Shown here in pieces: positions 29,688 to 39,258 of a stretch of 64,000 nucleotides of DNA. The stretch comes from Promethearchaeota archaeon (GTDB taxonomy: Archaea > Asgardarchaeota > Heimdallarchaeia > Hodarchaeales > Hodarchaeaceae). The notes beneath the pieces were generated by a model. It was not told the origin of the DNA, made no database searches, and saw nothing but the letters and a program-made list of their open reading frames with translations. Both the position numbers and the translations under genes were made by a program. The stretch covers positions 1 through 64,000 of the forward strand of contig JBHLMN010000017.1 of assembly GCA_048938105.1 (NCBI GenBank). The letters run 5' to 3'. Each line of letters starts with the position of its first letter. Within the stretch, counting starts at the first letter, position 1.

Positions 29688-30569
29688 TTACAATATTGCG
29701 ATAATGAATAACAGGAATGGAGAAATAATTATGTAATCTGCAATAAAGAAATATAACCATGCTAAAGGAACATCAGCAGCTTTTTTTCTATCAGTTTTCA
29801 ATAAATAAGTAGTATAAACAACCATCATTAATAAAGCGATAAAGGTGCCCTTAAGCATACAGAGAACAACAGTTGCCAGAGCGATAAGAAAATAGAATAT
29901 GTATCGAAGTTTAATAGTTGTATCTATTCCCAACACAACAACAGTAGTTCTTTGATTCGTTTTCAAGTCTAGAAAATAATCTGGGATTTGATGATTTATT
30001 TGAGCTAGCAAAGATGTAATAGAAATGAAAAGAAATACACTATAAAATTGGATATCAAAACTCCATATTACATTAAAACCGAAAATGAACAAGTAGAGAG
30101 GAAGAAAAGAGATTTGAAACCATACTACATGGAAAATCCAATCAAAACCAACTCGACTCTTAGCTCGAAAAACCGGACTATTATATAAATAGGCAAGTAG
30201 CATTCCTGCTATAGCAAACATGAAGTAGATTAAACCAGCTAGTAATCCACTAATTAATCCACCAATTACTGAAATCCATATTAAGATTACACCAATTTTA
30301 TAATCACCGCTGTCTGGATAGCCACAAAAAACGTTCCTTGACTTCTTATACTCATCAGCCGCATCATAAGGAGCATCGTAATAATCATTTGAAATCCAGA
30401 TGAAAATATTGAAAAATATCATTGAAAGGATAATTAAAATTGCATTGAACATATCAAAATCGAGAGAGTTTCGTAAATTTAGTACCAAACCAGTTAGGGC
30501 AAAAAGTGATGAACCAACAATATTAGGAAATCTAAGGCGGTAAAGTACATTATTTTGCATTATTTTCAC
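29688..30569 (-). CDS. UbiA family prenyltransferase
   Basis: NDYYDAPYD, YNSPVFRAK, IPDYFLD...TTVVVLG; multi-TM. Confidence 0.85.
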   Translation of the reverse strand: MKIMQNNVLYRLRFPNIVGSSLFALTGLVLNLRNSLDFDMFNAILIILSMIFFNIFIWISNDYYDAPYDAADEYKKSRNVFCGYPDSGDYKIGVILIWISVIGGLISGLLAGLIYFMFAIAGMLLAYLYNSPVFRAKSRVGFDWIFHVVWFQISFLPLYLFIFGFNVIWSFDIQFYSVFLFISITSLLAQINHQIPDYFLDLKTNQRTTVVVLGIDTTIKLRYIFYFLIALATVVLCMLKGTFIALLMMVVYTTYLLKTDRKKAADVPLAWLYFFIADYIIISPFLLFIIAIL

Positions 30570-30677
30570 AATGATATTAATTCTAGCATGGTTTTCAGAT
30601 AAAAAGCCCTTAACTTAAACATCTTTATTTTGTTCTAAAAAGTATTTTTTCTAATTTGAGAATTGAGAAAACCTGAA

Positions 30678-31403
30678 TCAATCCTTAGATTCTTTTGTTT
30701 CTTCAGAATTTGATGAATTGACCTCTGATTTTTCCCACACTACTTCACCATGCCAATCTTTGATTCGTTTCACTGGACTCCCTGCATAAATTGAGTTTGT
30801 TCTTAATACACGGTTAGATGGAATAACTGAATTACTGGCTACAATCACATTGTCTTCAATTGTTACCCCAGGAAGCATAATTGTACCTGCTCCAATAGTA
30901 CAATTTTTTCCTATTCTGATTCTTTTTCTGTAAAGCTCTCCTTGAGAGATAGCATGGGAACCTATGATGCAACCAGTACCAATAAATGTATCATCTCCTA
31001 TTTCTATCAACTCGACATCCCATAATCTAGAGTAAATACCAACACGTTTCCCTAACTTACACCCAAATAATTTATAGAATACTGCAGGAAATATCTGATT
31101 CACAAAAAGTTTATTCACCAGGAAATATGCACAATCTTGACTAGCCATAGCAATACCCCATAAGGCCCAATCCCATCCTCTTAGAATTCCTTCTTCATTC
31201 CTCATCAATAATCTTGCGACCCTATTTATTACTACAAAAAGGAGCAGAAAACTAAATAATGTGGAACAGATTGACAGAAATAGTGAGAAGAATAATTGTT
31301 GAGGGTTATTAGCAAAAATAGTGTTGAAATAATCATAATACTGAACTCCTACAAAAAGAATTGTAGCTAATAGAAATATCTGAAATATTACCCACGCAAC
31401 CAT
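30678..31403 (-). CDS. Membrane-anchored hexapeptide-repeat (LbH) acyltransferase
   Basis: 2 N-terminal TM helices; IEIGDDTFIG, IRIGKNCTIGAG..LPGVTI, YAGSPVKRIK. Confidence 0.85.
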   Translation of the reverse strand: MVAWVIFQIFLLATILFVGVQYYDYFNTIFANNPQQLFFSLFLSICSTLFSFLLLFVVINRVARLLMRNEEGILRGWDWALWGIAMASQDCAYFLVNKLFVNQIFPAVFYKLFGCKLGKRVGIYSRLWDVELIEIGDDTFIGTGCIIGSHAISQGELYRKRIRIGKNCTIGAGTIMLPGVTIEDNVIVASNSVIPSNRVLRTNSIYAGSPVKRIKDWHGEVVWEKSEVNSSNSEETKESKD

Positions 31404-31460
31404 AAATTACACCATATTATATGTTTAGAGAGTAGAGAAGAAACCTTTTTGCCTAAGAAA

Positions 31461-33125
31461 TTAATCTTCAAGATTAGTTGAAGGCGCGAGATGACCAAAC
31501 ACTTCCTCTGCTATGTCGACCGCACCATCAAATAAAGACCGTTTTCCAGCCCATGTTTCAAGTATTTTTTCGTATTTAGTGCAGAACTGATCTAAGAATT
31601 CTCTAAGTGCAGAATGCAATTCTGGATCCTGTTTGTTACTAAAGATAGCAGCAGAAATTCCACTCTTGATTTCTGTTAAAATAAAATGATTTCCATGTCT
31701 CACCAGATTCAAGTCTCCCTTATCCTTCATAGTTTCAGACATAAATGAAGAAACAGCCCTAAGAGCCCCAGAAAGCAAAGTTAATTCTATTGACGTATCG
31801 AGCTCCTTTGTAAAAGTATAATCAAAAATAGGAAGCCCTCCTTCTTCAATAACGAGAAGTAATGTGAAATCAAGGGGTTTATAACTATCTGACACCCAAA
31901 ATAAAGGTAGAGCCGCTAAAACCGCAAGGATGGTTATGAGATATGTGATAAACTCAATGCTAGCAAGCTCTGTAACTATAGGTTTCAAAACCCAGTGGCC
32001 AAATCCAGAGCCAATCCCCAAACCTAACGCGAGAGAGATAAATCCTACCGCAAAATAACGGCCAAGACCATCACGTGGAGATAGATCTGCCCATAAGGAA
32101 GAATCTAAAGTTGGATGGAGCAAAGCGAAAGAAAATCCAATTATTAAAGCAGCCACAAGAAAACTATTGGGGTTTTTTTCTAATCCAAAAATTAAGGATG
32201 CAAACACTATTCCATAAATTGTAGCTATAATCAAATATTTACGACCAAAGCGATCTGCTATTTGCCCAGCAGGTAATATCATCAATAGATCTCCCAGTAA
32301 AACGAAAAACCAGAATGTTTTATCGACTGGAAGATCGAAATTACCAACACCAGGAATACTAATGGGGGGCCAAGAAAAATCCATTAATCCCCCTATTTGT
32401 GAAAAACTCGCAATAGATATTCCGAGCATTGTGTATAATAAAATATGTGAAAGCATGTAAGCTCGGACTGACCTTCTTCCTATTATTTTTTCGAATTTTG
32501 TTGGCCATTTATCATTTTGCCAAGGAACACCCATATCAAAGGTTAAGAGAAAGAAAACCAATGACAAAATGAGGCCTAACACACCGATAACTAGTAGAAC
32601 ACTAATGAAACTATGGCTTAATAATCCACTTTGATATTGATGAGAAAATGCACCTCCCCCTAAGATGCTAACAAGAGTAATAAGAATAAAGAAAAAGATA
32701 CCATAAGAGTATATTCTTCCTCGGTACCACATGTCAGTTAAGCCTGCAAACAGGGTCCCACTACTTGTCAGTAATATTCCAAAGAAGAAAGCTAAACTTG
32801 TCAAACTAATCATTAATAAGAGACTAACTTCAAAAAAAATAATAAAAACAATAACGGAGATTGAGCTCCCTACCATCCCAATTAATATAGATTTCCTGAG
32901 GTAGTCAGGATATTTATCAAGTAATACACCAGTGAAATAAAGCATGAAGATGACCAAGCATAAAATAAATCCTAAAATGATAATTCCAAATCCTGCAAAT
33001 GGATTTGTTTCAGAGGCTTCTACTCTTTCTAAAATATCAAAAGAGTAAATTAAAAGCAGAAGAGAAGCTAACAACCAAGAGAAAATACTCGGTATTACTA
33101 TTGTAAGGATTGTTTTGACTTTCAT
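31461..33125 (-). CDS. MFS transporter fused to a C-terminal longin-like domain (paralog 2)
   Basis: About 12 TM, motif A GQIADRFGRK; soluble tail LLVIEEGGLPIFDY..LLSGALRAVSSF..NLVRHGN..LREFLDQFCTKY..W.G...F. Confidence 0.85.
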   Translation of the reverse strand: MKVKTILTIVIPSIFSWLLASLLLLIYSFDILERVEASETNPFAGFGIIILGFILCLVIFMLYFTGVLLDKYPDYLRKSILIGMVGSSISVIVFIIFFEVSLLLMISLTSLAFFFGILLTSSGTLFAGLTDMWYRGRIYSYGIFFFILITLVSILGGGAFSHQYQSGLLSHSFISVLLVIGVLGLILSLVFFLLTFDMGVPWQNDKWPTKFEKIIGRRSVRAYMLSHILLYTMLGISIASFSQIGGLMDFSWPPISIPGVGNFDLPVDKTFWFFVLLGDLLMILPAGQIADRFGRKYLIIATIYGIVFASLIFGLEKNPNSFLVAALIIGFSFALLHPTLDSSLWADLSPRDGLGRYFAVGFISLALGLGIGSGFGHWVLKPIVTELASIEFITYLITILAVLAALPLFWVSDSYKPLDFTLLLVIEEGGLPIFDYTFTKELDTSIELTLLSGALRAVSSFMSETMKDKGDLNLVRHGNHFILTEIKSGISAAIFSNKQDPELHSALREFLDQFCTKYEKILETWAGKRSLFDGAVDIAEEVFGHLAPSTNLED

Positions 33126-33230
33126 TTGACATTCACCTTACTGCATTTATACAATCTATTAATGTTTATTAATTTACTTGAACATGTATTCCTATTTCAG
33201 ATAACAGCAAATTGATCATGGTTTTGACTC

Positions 33231-34859
33231 TCATGGGCTTCCAGAAATTGTTTTAGATGGCAGAAGAGGCCCAAAAACATCTTCAGCTATACTGACCGCA
33301 GGTTCAAAAATACTTGTTTGGCCTATCCATTCATTAATTTCATCGTGATAAGATAAACAAAATCTAGCTAAGAAGGAATTGAGACTATTTTGCAATTCAG
33401 GATCCATTTTATTAGCAAAAATTGTTGCAATAATCTCTTTTTCCTCTGTTCCAGCTTTAGCTTGAACAGTAACTACTTTTCCATGGCGGACAAGATCTAA
33501 GACAGCTGGTTGTTTACTCAATCCTTCAAAAAATGTACTAATAGCTGATAACGCTCCCGCAACTAGTGTTAAATCTTTCTGTGTAATTTTACTTTGTTCT
33601 GGTCGATCAAAATCGTAATTAAACATACATATCCCACTTGAAGCAACAAGTAAAAGGTAAATATCTAGAGGTTCAAAGGAATCTGCTACAAAAAATAGTG
33701 GGAATAATCCAAGAATAGCAGATCCGAAAAGAACATAACTGATTGTACTGGGATGCAATGGAAGTATGAAAAGGCCAACGATTAATCCAAAACCAACTCC
33801 TTGCAGCAAAAATATGAAACCTAATGCATTATAACGCCCTACCGAGTCAAGAGGGCTTAAGTCACACCAAACTGCACTATCAAGAGAAGGGTGAATAGTT
33901 GAAAAACATACCCCTAACAAATATGCAGCGAAATAAAACATCAACGGATCTTCACTAATTCCTACAATTAATGCTGCAATAACAACTACATAGAAACCCA
34001 TTACGATTAGATTCTTTCGTCCAAAACGGTCAGAAAACCATCCCATTGGAATAACACAGATTAAATCACCAAAGAACACAATAATCCAAAATAATGTTGT
34101 TTGATCCAGTTGGAACTCTCCAAAGGATGGAAGTTTAATAATAAAATCAGGATAACGTAAATGACCTATTTGGGAGATTGCAGCGAAAGCAACACCAAGC
34201 ATGAAGTAAATAAAGAAGTGAGCAAGCAAATAAGCTTTGATGGATCTACGATTTATTATATGTCTGATTGGCGTGGGAAATACATCATTCACCCAAGGGG
34301 ACACTGAGCGAGAAATATAATAGAAGATTGGTACTGCAAGAATCGCTATCAAACCGATGATAATTAATGGAATTCGAGTATCCAGTTGAAAAAGCTCAAC
34401 ATAAATAATAATGATTAAAGATAACATTGCACTGATAAATAAGGCTACAGCATAAATTCGACCTCGATGGTGAACATCTGTATAGGCCGTATAAAGTGCA
34501 CCAGCCCCTGTTGCCAATATCCCAAGGCATATACCAAGACCTGGTAGCCCTATTAGAAGAAAGATAACAAAATTAACACCTAGAATTGTTAAAAAGAGAC
34601 AAATGCCACTCATTAACAGAGATCCAGTAATTAAAGGTCTCAGTATTTGTGGATTCTTGTCTATTACATGTCCCGAACTATATAGAGAAATAGTAGCAAA
34701 GCATGTCGTTATAAATAGAATAACCACCCCTGGACTAGATATGCTCTGTTCTACATTTATTTCTAGCAAATCAAAAGCATAAACTAAGAGAAATGGAGCT
34801 GTAACTAGCCATACGATGGTAGTGGGTAATATAATAAAGAAAATCTTAGTGATTTTCAT
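33231..34859 (-). CDS. MFS transporter fused to a C-terminal longin-like domain (paralog 1)
   Basis: About 12 TM, GWFSDRFGRK; soluble tail LLVASSGICMFNY..LVAGALSAISTF..DLVRHGK..LNSFLARFCLSY..WIG...F. Confidence 0.85.
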   Translation of the reverse strand: MKITKIFFIILPTTIVWLVTAPFLLVYAFDLLEINVEQSISSPGVVILFITTCFATISLYSSGHVIDKNPQILRPLITGSLLMSGICLFLTILGVNFVIFLLIGLPGLGICLGILATGAGALYTAYTDVHHRGRIYAVALFISAMLSLIIIIYVELFQLDTRIPLIIIGLIAILAVPIFYYISRSVSPWVNDVFPTPIRHIINRRSIKAYLLAHFFIYFMLGVAFAAISQIGHLRYPDFIIKLPSFGEFQLDQTTLFWIIVFFGDLICVIPMGWFSDRFGRKNLIVMGFYVVVIAALIVGISEDPLMFYFAAYLLGVCFSTIHPSLDSAVWCDLSPLDSVGRYNALGFIFLLQGVGFGLIVGLFILPLHPSTISYVLFGSAILGLFPLFFVADSFEPLDIYLLLVASSGICMFNYDFDRPEQSKITQKDLTLVAGALSAISTFFEGLSKQPAVLDLVRHGKVVTVQAKAGTEEKEIIATIFANKMDPELQNSLNSFLARFCLSYHDEINEWIGQTSIFEPAVSIAEDVFGPLLPSKTISGSP

Positions 34860-35105
34860 TGATATTCTACCATGAATTTTTTCAGTACAACTAAATTCTA
34901 ATTAAAAAATGCTTCTCATACTAATACATAATGCTTTAGAGAAACTTTGATTTGAAGGAAATGAGGATTCTTAACTCTTAGAAAATAACATGCATAGATA
35001 TTTGAATTGACATCTCAAGAAAAACTGGTTTGAAAGAGAGCTTCAAGAAAGAAACAATCAAAGAATTATTTTTAAAATTCATGAAATCATCAAGCTAAAA
35101 ACATT

Positions 35106-36323
35106 TTGGATAAGATCATCTTGACAAGTATTGAGAAAACTATTGAAATGGTTGATACTGACAGATTATATAAGCACTTACTCTCTCTTGAAGGTGTTAG
35201 ACACGCGCTTGACTCTTACGATACTTTAATTCAAGCTAGCAATTATATTGAGAAAACACTACAGCAAAGTAACATAAAAATAAATAGACACTTTTTCCCT
35301 GTTAAAGGATTAAAGAAAGAGTTTTTCAACATTGAAGGACTGTTAGGAGAACGAATGGATTTAACTCAACCTACACTATTGATAACTAGTCATTACGACA
35401 CGGTTTATTCTACTCCTGGTGCTGATGATAACGCAAGTGGAGTAGCAGTCATGCTTGAAGTAGCTCGTGTTCTTCACGAAATAGATTATAAAAAGAATGT
35501 TATTTTCGTAAGCTTTAACTTAGAAGAATTCTCCCCTAGTTTACAAAAGCCAATAAGAGCGCTTGGTACCCAATATGGGGTTTTTGACGAAGAATTCCGT
35601 TATATTTCTTGGCCCCTAAAGAAATACGCGGATCAATTTAAGAAGTTGATAATTTCATCAGGTCCAGCAAAACCTTACCTTGATGAGGAGAACTGGCGAA
35701 AGTTTGAAGAAAAGGCAAAACAAGAATTAAACGGAACGGAACTTATATTCTTTAAGAAACAGAATGAAATATTTCGCGAGTCAGCTCAAGATGATCCCTT
35801 CGGTAAAAGCTTTTGTTTGGGTAGTGATGCGTATTCAAAATATGTATTCAAAAGTAAAATGACTGCAAAAGGAGTTATTAATCTGGAGTCAGTAGGTTTT
35901 GTGTCTATTGAACCTCATTCTCAACGTTTACCCCAAGGTATAAGTCTAGACATGTTCAAAACCCATAGCACTGATCATGATAGAATGATCGGGAATTATA
36001 TTACTGTTATAGGAGATGAAAACTCTCAAAATCTTTCAGATGCTTTTTTCGAATCATCGCAACATAAATCGATTAATCTTCCTTGTGCTAGTCTGAATGT
36101 TCCTTTAGATTATGAAGGAATTAAACAAACTATGCCAGACCTATTAAGAAGCGATCATGCTCCTTTCTGGAGATATAGTATTCCTGCAATAATGGTAACT
36201 GATACAGCTAATTTTCGAAATCCATACTATCATACGGGTGGAGATACAATAAATACTATAAATTTTCCTTTTATGAAGAAAATTTGTCAAACAACCCTCG
36301 CTACAATAATCAAATTACTTTAA
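35106..36323 (+). CDS. M28 family peptidase
   Basis: SHYDT, PGADDNASG, FNLEE, INLESVG, RSDHAPFW, PYYH. Confidence 0.9.
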   Translation: MDKIILTSIEKTIEMVDTDRLYKHLLSLEGVRHALDSYDTLIQASNYIEKTLQQSNIKINRHFFPVKGLKKEFFNIEGLLGERMDLTQPTLLITSHYDTVYSTPGADDNASGVAVMLEVARVLHEIDYKKNVIFVSFNLEEFSPSLQKPIRALGTQYGVFDEEFRYISWPLKKYADQFKKLIISSGPAKPYLDEENWRKFEEKAKQELNGTELIFFKKQNEIFRESAQDDPFGKSFCLGSDAYSKYVFKSKMTAKGVINLESVGFVSIEPHSQRLPQGISLDMFKTHSTDHDRMIGNYITVIGDENSQNLSDAFFESSQHKSINLPCASLNVPLDYEGIKQTMPDLLRSDHAPFWRYSIPAIMVTDTANFRNPYYHTGGDTINTINFPFMKKICQTTLATIIKLL

Positions 36324-36401
36324 ACCTTTAATGAAAAGAATTGAACTGATAATGTCCATTTTAGAATATTAGAAGGGGTAATAGCATTTAAAGATGAAGA
36401 G

Positions 36402-38096
36402 ATGATAGAAATGAAAAAGACTCCGATCACTTTAATTAAGCTTGGTGGAAGTATAATAACTTATAAAAAAGATAGGCTTCGTATTGAACAATATTTAGGT
36501 AAAATAGATAGTGTCTTATCAGGTAAAGGCTCACTAGAAGAATTAACAAAAACGATTTCAGATTTAGTAAACTTTCAAAACCTAAATAAAATTCTAAATA
36601 TTCTCTCTTCCTTTATAGCCCAAAATCCCCCAAAAAAAATCGCATTGATTCATGGAGCGGGCTCAATTGGTCATTCATTAGTTTTACACTTATTAAAGAA
36701 ACATACAGATTTAGAATCTGATTATCCAATCATTAAACTTGCTGTGGCGATTCAAAATCAAATAATTGTTTCTGAGGCTATGAAATACGGCATTAATGCT
36801 ATTTCCTTTCCTTCTCATTCTATTTTTACAGGTGTACATACCCAAGATATTTCTACAAACAAAGCTGATGCTTCAGATTTAAAAGTATTTGAACAGATAA
36901 TTACTAAGACTACTGCTATTCCGATTTTTTTCGGAGATGTAGGTTACACTCCTAACGGATGGAAAGTCTTCTCTGGAGATATTATTCCTGCCGCTCTAAC
37001 GAGACGCCTTAAAAATACTTTTCTCGATTCAGTCATTTTTTTAACCAATGTTGAAGAAAAGCGTACTGGAATATATACTAAAGATCCTAGCCTTAATGAT
37101 GCGGAATTTATTGCATATATCGAAGTTGATGCTGACAAGGTAAAGTGTTATAATCCTAAAAATGAGATTCTATCATTCCAAGGAGGAGAAACCAAAGGAG
37201 ATTTTGATGTCACTGATGCGATGGGAGGCAAGCTTCGCAACCTTACTGAATTAGCGAATACTCAGGTAAAATGCTGGGTTGTTGGTATCAATGAATTCGT
37301 CCAAGCGTTGGACGAAAAAAATGTTGGTACAAGAGTTTTCCCAAAGAGAAAACCCCAAATAAATGTTGTATTTTTGGGGACAGGTGATGCCTTTGGATCA
37401 GGTGGAGGTAAAAGTGCCTCTGTTTTTGTTAAGATCGGAACAAAAGGGATTTTATTAGATTGTGGACCCCATTCTTTACAGGCTTTAAAAGAATCAGGTA
37501 GATCTACCAATGATGTTGATATAATCATTATTTCCCATTTTCATGGAGATCACCTAGGAGGAGTCCCTTTCTTTCTATTAGAAGCTAGTGTCCTACAAAA
37601 AAGAGATAAAGTCTTAACTATAATTGGCCCTCCAAACATAAACAGAAAAGTTACCAATCTTTACTCTGCTCTATATGAAGCTATTGCAGAAAAAGAGCTA
37701 CCTTTTCCATGTGAATTCCGAAGTATAAAGCCATCTAATTCCTCATTAGAGCTGAATGGTATAACAATCCAACCTTTTAAAATGCTTCATACACCAGAAG
37801 CTCAAGGATATAGAGTTGAAACAAGAGAAAGATCTATAGCGTATTCAGGTGATACTGGTTGGACAGATGAATTGGTACCTCTTGTCAAAAATACACAGCT
37901 AGCGATTATGGAATGTAATTTTTTAGACAGTGAACATGAAATTCATCTAAACTATCATCAATTGAAAAAACTTCAATCACTAACCGATAGAATGGCTCTC
38001 ATTCACTTAGGAGTAGAAGTAATAGACAGAGCTTTTATATTAAAAAGAGATAAAAATATATTTATTCCTTTAGAAGGCCAGGAAATATGGATATAA
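36402..38096 (+). CDS. Isopentenyl phosphate kinase-like domain fused to an RNase Z-like metallo-beta-lactamase domain
   Basis: IKLGGSIIT, HGAGSIGH, FFGD, SGD, DVTDAMGGKL; then FLGTGDAFG, DCG, SHFHGDH, YSGDT. Confidence 0.85.
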   Translation: MIEMKKTPITLIKLGGSIITYKKDRLRIEQYLGKIDSVLSGKGSLEELTKTISDLVNFQNLNKILNILSSFIAQNPPKKIALIHGAGSIGHSLVLHLLKKHTDLESDYPIIKLAVAIQNQIIVSEAMKYGINAISFPSHSIFTGVHTQDISTNKADASDLKVFEQIITKTTAIPIFFGDVGYTPNGWKVFSGDIIPAALTRRLKNTFLDSVIFLTNVEEKRTGIYTKDPSLNDAEFIAYIEVDADKVKCYNPKNEILSFQGGETKGDFDVTDAMGGKLRNLTELANTQVKCWVVGINEFVQALDEKNVGTRVFPKRKPQINVVFLGTGDAFGSGGGKSASVFVKIGTKGILLDCGPHSLQALKESGRSTNDVDIIIISHFHGDHLGGVPFFLLEASVLQKRDKVLTIIGPPNINRKVTNLYSALYEAIAEKELPFPCEFRSIKPSNSSLELNGITIQPFKMLHTPEAQGYRVETRERSIAYSGDTGWTDELVPLVKNTQLAIMECNFLDSEHEIHLNYHQLKKLQSLTDRMALIHLGVEVIDRAFILKRDKNIFIPLEGQEIWI

Positions 38097-38124
38097 TTTC
38101 GCGCTGATGGAGTGGCAAAAAAAT

Positions 38125-38397
38125 TTATCTGTCCTTACCTATCGGTTGAGTTTCAATCAATCGCCATAAAATGTTCCGTCTTTCTCCACCTTTAGCTGGA
38201 ACAACTTCATATGAGATTTTACCGTCTATTCGCATTTGAGTCAGAACCATAGGAATACGGTCTGCACAATCTTGATTAAAGATACTTACTCGTTCGATAA
38301 TTTCAATTGTAGTTGCCTCTCCTAGGTCTTTCAATACTATCTCAATCCACTTTTCTGTACCAGACAGATCTTTTTCTGATTCCAAACCTCGTTTCAC
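38125..38397 (-). CDS. Small hypothetical protein, winged-helix-like
   Basis: LKDLGEATTIEI..LTQMRIDGKI..WRL pattern. Confidence 0.55.
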   Translation of the reverse strand: MKRGLESEKDLSGTEKWIEIVLKDLGEATTIEIIERVSIFNQDCADRIPMVLTQMRIDGKISYEVVPAKGGERRNILWRLIETQPIGKDR

Positions 38398-38643
38398 CAG
38401 AGTAAGTATTCCAACAATTTCTTTTGATCAATATAAAAAGAATTTTTTTGACTTGGAAATATTCCTTTTTTTCTTTAGATGGGAGAGAAAAAGAGTAGTA
38501 AGGCTAATACCTAAATGGAATTTAAAAAATACATGTCATCTGTTCATATTCAAGTTTTTTTTTTGATTCTATTAAAATCTTCTCAAGATTGTAAAGAAAA
38601 ACTTTTGAAATAGTGTTGTAATGCTGTAATATATATTTTTAAT

Positions 38644-39258
38644 ATGTATTATTTGATCAATCATTACGGGACATCTTTAAAAATTGGAGATAGCAGTTTG
38701 GCAAAAGGTAAGGAAATTAAACACATTTTGAAACTTTTACTCCTTGGAGACGGAGCAGTAGGAAAAACTTCATTGATTCTAAGGTTTATTGAGAATCGAT
38801 TTTCCGAAGATTATCAAATGAGTCTAGGTGTTAATTTCCTAACGAAAACTGTCACGTTTATTGATACAAAGAACGTAAAACGAATCGCTTCATTACAAGT
38901 TTGGGACATAGCTGGACAAGCAAGACATGTTTCATATTCTCATCTCTACTTAAAAGGAGCTTTAGGTGCTTTCTATGTGTTTGACTTGACACGTCGTGAA
39001 ACACTTCTTCAAATGCAGGAAAGGTGGCAAGCACAAGTATTGAGAGTCTCACCACAGTGCCTGTCCATTCTCATTGGAAATAAGGCTGATTTAGAGAAGG
39101 ATCGGGCTTTATCAACATCTCAATCAAGGAAGATTCACGAAGCTATGCATGCCATCGATTACATCGAAACCTCTGCAAAAACTGGGGAAAACGTTAATCA
39201 AGCTTTTCAGACCATGACAACAAGGATACTGAATGTTACTGCAAAGAAATTTTTATGA
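38644..39258 (+). CDS. Rab-like small GTPase (start probably TTG 38698)
   Basis: LKLLLLGDGAVGKTS, SLGVNF, LQVWDIAGQ, GNKADL, ETSAKTGENV; no C-terminal Cys. Confidence 0.93.
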   Translation: MYYLINHYGTSLKIGDSSLAKGKEIKHILKLLLLGDGAVGKTSLILRFIENRFSEDYQMSLGVNFLTKTVTFIDTKNVKRIASLQVWDIAGQARHVSYSHLYLKGALGAFYVFDLTRRETLLQMQERWQAQVLRVSPQCLSILIGNKADLEKDRALSTSQSRKIHEAMHAIDYIETSAKTGENVNQAFQTMTTRILNVTAKKFL

